Shown here in pieces: positions 1 to 6,306 of a stretch of DNA of 6,306 nt. Both the position numbers and the translations under genes were made by a program. Numbering within the stretch: the stretch's first letter is position 1; each line of letters opens with the position of its first letter. The stretch is taken from the sequence record CP044582.1. One strand, given 5' to 3'. Under the pieces are notes generated by a model. The model saw only the letters and a program-made list of their open reading frames with translations, made no database searches and was not told where the DNA came from.

Positions 1-105
1 CTTATTCAGGGCTACGACTCCGTAGCGCTGGAGGCCGATGGTAGAGCTGGGGTGGTACTGACCAGAAGTTTAATTTGCTGATGGGCCGGATTCTGCAGAA
101 GCATT

Positions 106-378
106 ATGGACGAGGCGCCCCAGGCCATCATTACTGTTCCGATTCTTGAGGGTCTGGACGGTGTACAGAAGATGTCCAAATCGTTGGGTAACTATATTGG
201 GGTTAACGATTCCCCGGGTGAAATGTACACCAAACTGTTGTCGATGCCAGATGAGTTGCTGTGGCGCTACTTTGAATTGCTGAGCTTCCGGCCGATGGCG
301 GAAGTGGAGCAGTTCCGTGCTGAGCGGAAGCTGGCGCTAATCCGCAGGACTATAAGAAATTGCTGGCCGAAGAGCTGA
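106..378 (+). CDS. tyrS: Internal fragment of the same tyrosine--tRNA ligase gene, as an ORF caller would report it. It is not an independent gene, and its last ~18 codons are out of frame.
   Basis: This is the supplied 90-aa ORF. It contains [19 protein letters not shown] (KMSKS loop). The ATG at 106 is internal to the longer homology that begins at nt 1 in other frames. From about nt 325 the translation ([17 protein letters not shown]) stops looking like TyrRS, while the frame of ORF 360-695 continues the homology. Confidence 0.5.
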   Translation: MDEAPQAIITVPILEGLDGVQKMSKSLGNYIGVNDSPGEMYTKLLSMPDELLWRYFELLSFRPMAEVEQFRAERKLALIRRTIRNCWPKS

Positions 379-695
379 TTACTCGCTTCCATGATGAAGA
401 GGCAGCAAAAACCGCTCACAAGTCTGCCGGCAATCGGGTTGCGCTTGGGGAGATTCCGGAAAACGTACCATTGGTAGAAGTCTCTCTCGAGGGGCAGGAT
501 GATATGCCGATGGCGGCGGTGCTTCGCCTGGCTGGGCTGGTGAAAAATGGCGCTGCTGCAAGAGATGTGCTTGGTCGTGGTGCGGTCTATATAGATGGCA
601 AGCAGTTTGAAGGTGATCGCAAGTTTGTCAAAGGCGATGATTGCGTTGTCCAGGCGGGCAAGAAGAAGATTGCCCGGGTGGTCATTGTCGAGTGA
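360..695 (+). CDS. tyrS: C-terminal fragment of the same tyrosine--tRNA ligase gene (S4-like domain). TyrRS-like translation in this frame already begins at nt 324.
   Basis: This is the supplied 111-aa [18 protein letters not shown]...[30 protein letters not shown] is typical of the TyrRS C-terminal S4-like domain. The same frame is open back to nt 324 ([12 protein letters not shown]) and is immediately preceded by an in-frame TGA at 321-323. Confidence 0.55.
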   Translation: MLAEELITRFHDEEAAKTAHKSAGNRVALGEIPENVPLVEVSLEGQDDMPMAAVLRLAGLVKNGAAARDVLGRGAVYIDGKQFEGDRKFVKGDDCVVQAGKKKIARVVIVE

Positions 696-710
696 AGTAA
701 GGCTGGTTAC

Positions 711-739
711 GGCCAATTTGAAAAAATTTCAGATTGGCC
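711..739. repeat. Near-perfect 13-bp-arm inverted repeat (GGCCAATTTGAAA / TTTCAGATTGGCC, 3-nt centre) between the tyrS stop and the -35 of the first rrn promoter.
   Basis: Hand pairing gives 711-723 against 727-739. There are 12 Watson-Crick pairs plus one T:G (718:732), and the loop is AAA at 724-726. No T tract follows the 3' arm; the next bases are GTTGACTCC. Confidence 0.6.
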
Positions 740-740
740 G

Positions 741-768
741 TTGACTCCTCAGCAGAGGTCTGTAGAAT
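741..768 (+). promoter_or_regulatory. rrn promoter P1 (sigma70 type).
   Basis: The -35 is TTGACT (741-746). A 16-nt spacer separates it from the -10 TAGAAT (763-768). A GC-rich discriminator GCGC (769-772) follows, as in stringently controlled rRNA promoters. An A+T-rich block at about 715-735 (AATTTGAAAAAATTTCAGATT) sits in the UP-element position. Predicted TSS is about nt 775. Confidence 0.7.
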
Positions 769-871
769 GCGCATCTCGCTTGAGGGGCTGGCCACTGAGA
801 AGAGGCAAAACCTTAGTGATAACTGCTTGAAAGCGCTGAAGAAAATGTTTTGAAGATTCTTCAGAAAGCGG

Positions 872-900
872 TTGACAGGGGAAGCGGTTCAGTGTAGAAT
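872..900 (+). promoter_or_regulatory. rrn promoter P2 (sigma70 type).
   Basis: The -35 is TTGACA (872-877), a perfect consensus match. A 17-nt spacer separates it from the -10 TAGAAT (895-900). The discriminator is GCGCGCC (901-907). An A+T-rich stretch at 841-867 lies upstream. Predicted TSS is about nt 907. Confidence 0.72.
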
Positions 901-976
901 GCGCGCCTCGAAACAAGCAGTAAGCCGGGCAGTTTTTCGGCGGTTTTCGGAAGCGGAAACAGCGAAAAATAAACGG

Positions 977-1004
977 TTGACAGGGTGGCGGAACGATGTA
1001 GAAT
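977..1004 (+). promoter_or_regulatory. rrn promoter P3 (sigma70 type).
   Basis: The -35 is TTGACA (977-982). A 16-nt spacer separates it from the -10 TAGAAT (999-1004). The discriminator is ACGCGGCC (1005-1012). The A-rich GCGAAAAATAAA at 962-973 lies upstream. Predicted TSS is about nt 1011. Confidence 0.7.
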
Positions 1005-1016
1005 ACGCGGCCTTGA

Positions 1017-1046
1017 TTGAGCAACAGCTCAAACGCTCTTTAAAAA
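1017..1046 (+). promoter_or_regulatory. Leader antitermination module: boxB-like hairpin plus boxA-like element.
   Basis: The hairpin is TTGAGC (1017-1022) / AACA loop / GCTCAA (1027-1032). It is followed by CGCTCTTTAAAAA (1034-1046), which matches 11 of 13 positions of the enterobacterial rrn boxA consensus TGCTCTTTAACAA. The placement downstream of the last promoter and upstream of the 16S processing stem matches the E. coli rrn leader layout. Confidence 0.65.
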
Positions 1047-1070
1047 GTTAACCAAGTAATTCGTGTGGGC
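1046..1070 (+). other. 5' strand of the 16S precursor processing stem (RNase III-type), pairing with nt 2743-2767.
   Basis: AACCAAGTAATTCGTGTGG (1050-1068) is the exact reverse complement of CCACACGAATTACTTGGTT (2745-2763). G:U and G:C pairs extend the helix on both sides to about 24 bp. The two strands bracket the mature 16S. Confidence 0.8.
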
Positions 1071-1173
1071 GCTGGCCGAGGTATTTCGGATACGAAATAT
1101 CAGGACAGTGACTCGTCGAAATTGAGTTTTGTCTTGAGCAAGAATTAAGAGCTTACGGGTTCTTGTATGATTT

Positions 1174-2717
<1,544 letters not shown>

Positions 2718-2742
2718 AACGAAGCCGAATGCTTCGGTCAGA

Positions 2743-2767
2743 GTCCACACGAATTACTTGGTTGGCT
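2743..2767 (+). other. 3' strand of the 16S precursor processing stem, the partner of nt 1046-1070.
   Basis: See the 1046-1070 entry: 19 contiguous Watson-Crick pairs plus flanking G:U and G:C pairs. Confidence 0.8.
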
Positions 2768-2837
2768 AATAAAGAGAGCAAAAGGGTCTTTCAGGCCCGA
2801 CTTGGCTTGTCCTTTTGACTCTAAGACAAGCAAAACC

Positions 2838-2913
<76 letters not shown>

Positions 2914-2914
<1 letters not shown>

Positions 2915-2995
2915 GAATTTCGCTGCTCGTCGTTGTCGAAGCACTTGCATAGCAGGCTATGCGGCGCACTTCGACGCCTAGATCAGCAAAATTCT
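2914..2995 (+). other. Long imperfect hairpin occupying most of the 96-nt tRNA-Ile/tRNA-Ala spacer.
   Basis: The outer stem pairs 2915-2925 (GAATTTCGCTG) with 2984-2994 (CAGCAAAATTC), 10 of 11 bp. The middle stem pairs GTCGAAG (2935-2941) with CTTCGAC (2969-2975). The apical stem pairs GCATAG (2947-2952) with CTATGC (2957-2962). Confidence 0.5.
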
Positions 2996-3010
2996 TGTAG
3001 ATAGCTTCTT

Positions 3011-3086
3011 GGGGCTATAGCTCAGCTGGGAGAGCGCCTGCCTTGCACGCAGGAGGTCGGCAGTTCGATCCTGCCTAGCTCCACCA
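3011..3086 (+). tRNA. alaT: tRNA-Ala (anticodon UGC), 76 nt, with encoded CCA.
   Basis: Acceptor GGGGCTA / TAGCTCC, including the G3:U70 alanine identity pair. D arm GCTC..GAGC. Anticodon stem CCTGC / GCAGG with loop CTTGCAC (UGC). T arm GGCAG-TTCGATC-CTGCC. 3' ACCA. Confidence 0.97.
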
Positions 3087-3148
3087 AACTTTACTGACGA
3101 AAGTCAGTGTACAGAAACGAATGTTTCATATCGATGAAGCCTTCCTTT

Positions 3149-3180
3149 CTGATCACTGGGTCAGATTTGCTCTTTAACAA
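3149..3180 (+). promoter_or_regulatory. Spacer antitermination module: boxB-like hairpin plus perfect boxA.
   Basis: The hairpin is CTGATC (3149-3154) / ACTG loop / GGTCAG (3159-3164), with one T:G wobble. It is followed by TGCTCTTTAACAA (3168-3180), a 13 of 13 match to the rrn boxA consensus. It lies between tRNA-Ala and 23S, as in E. coli rrn spacers. Confidence 0.78.
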
Positions 3181-3372
3181 ATTGGACGAGATAGAACACG
3201 AATAGATTTCTCTCATTATCTCCGAGAGAAACTGTTCAAAGTGATAGCGATTTCAAGCGTTATCCGGTGTTGTCGTTGAAGTGGTTGTTCTATTGCTTCA
3301 AGTGGCTGTCTCGAAACAGGGTTCTTTATCAGGCTTGCCTGGTGAAGGATGTTGAATCGTGATCAGTTGTCT

Positions 3373-3383
3373 TGGGGTTATAT

Positions 3384-3391
<8 letters not shown>
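3373..3391 (+). other. 5' strand of the 23S precursor/helix-1 processing stem, pairing with nt 6279-6298.
   Basis: TGGGGTTATATAGTCAAGC pairs with GCTTGACCATACCAACCCAA. About 15 pairs form, with two mismatches and one bulged C. This is less clean than the 16S stem. Confidence 0.5.
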
Positions 3392-6288
<2,897 letters not shown>

Positions 6289-6306
6289 ACCAACCCAAGC
6301 CAGTTG

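Larger units (their letters stand above)
1..695 (+). pseudogene. tyrS: Tyrosine--tRNA ligase (class I aaRS, TyrZ/type-2-like with C-terminal S4-like domain). The 5' end is cut by the window edge. The reading frame is disrupted at >=4 sites as the sequence is written, which may be an assembly or sequencing artefact.
   Basis: Hand translation gives four in-frame blocks. Frame 1, nt 1-39: LIQGYDSVALEAD. Nt 41-49: VEL. Nt 51-110: [20 protein letters not shown]. Nt 112-324: [30 protein letters not shown]...EQFRAE, with the class I KMSKS signature at nt 169-183. Nt 324-692: [23 protein letters not shown]...[36 protein letters not shown], an S4-like RNA-binding tail. The stop codon TGA is at 693-695. 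Joined together, these blocks read as one continuous TyrRS C-terminal region. The frame changes are +1 near nt 40, +1 near nt 50, +1 near nt 111-112 and -1 near nt 324. Confidence 0.88.

Noticed and set aside
1-695. Programmed ribosomal frameshifting or translational recoding in tyrS.
   Set aside because: Four shifts in mixed directions (+1, +1, +1, -1) would be needed. There are no slippery heptamers or stimulatory structures at the sites, and the same indel pattern appears in non-coding rRNA. Sequence error, or less likely simple decay, explains it better.
267-716. A 149-aa ORF, with a nested 60-aa ORF at 379-561, on the minus strand.
   Set aside because: Both lie entirely antisense to the recognisable tyrS coding sequence. 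The translations (runs of R/H/S/L/I, no motif I recognise) look like typical shadow ORFs of a GC-biased gene. I found no plausible RBS or promoter.
711-739. A canonical Rho-independent terminator for tyrS.
   Set aside because: The stem is A/T-rich apart from the GGCC base, and it is followed by GTTGACTCC rather than a T tract. I kept it only as an inverted repeat of uncertain function.
741-1004. The thrice-repeated TTGAC..TGTAGAAT modules as a CRISPR-like or tandem-repeat array.
   Set aside because: The repeats are only about 28 nt of promoter consensus, at irregular spacing (131 and 105 nt), and they have classic -35/-10 geometry. They are promoters, not a repeat-spacer array.
749-1024. A 91-aa minus-strand ORF covering the tyrS-16S intergenic region.
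   Set aside because: It spans exactly the three rrn promoter modules and is antisense to them. The translation is Cys/Phe/Pro/Arg-rich and repetitive because the DNA is repetitive. Promoter DNA is the simpler explanation.
2915-3010. A third tRNA or small RNA gene between tRNA-Ile and tRNA-Ala.
   Set aside because: It has no cloverleaf, no T-loop (GTTCRANYC) and no D-loop consensus. It folds as a single long hairpin instead.

Overview
This is an ordinary core-genome locus. I see no defence system, mobile element, CRISPR array or novel protein-coding gene in it. On the + strand, the window holds the 3' ~230 codons of a tyrosyl-tRNA synthetase gene (nt 1-695). A complete rRNA operon front end follows: three tandem sigma70-type promoters (about nt 741-1004), a leader with a boxB-like hairpin and boxA, and 16S rRNA (about 1174-2717). 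The internal transcribed spacer carries tRNA-Ile(GAU) (2838-2914), tRNA-Ala(UGC) (3011-3086) and a second, perfect boxA. 23S rRNA runs from about 3384 to 6288, and the window ends 18 nt into the 23S-5S spacer. From memory, the 16S sequence resembles Marinobacter (Gammaproteobacteria); this needs a database search to confirm. Every ORF in the supplied track from nt 749 onward lies inside rRNA, tRNA or regulatory DNA, and I treat all of them as spurious. Three things deserve a second look. (1) tyrS is broken by at least four single-base frame changes, mostly in G runs. (2) Several universally conserved rRNA segments appear to carry one extra base, which points to indel-type sequence errors rather than biology. 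(3) The promoter arrangement is triple rather than the classic P1/P2 pair, and all three copies share the 12-mer TGTAGAAT(G/A)CGC.
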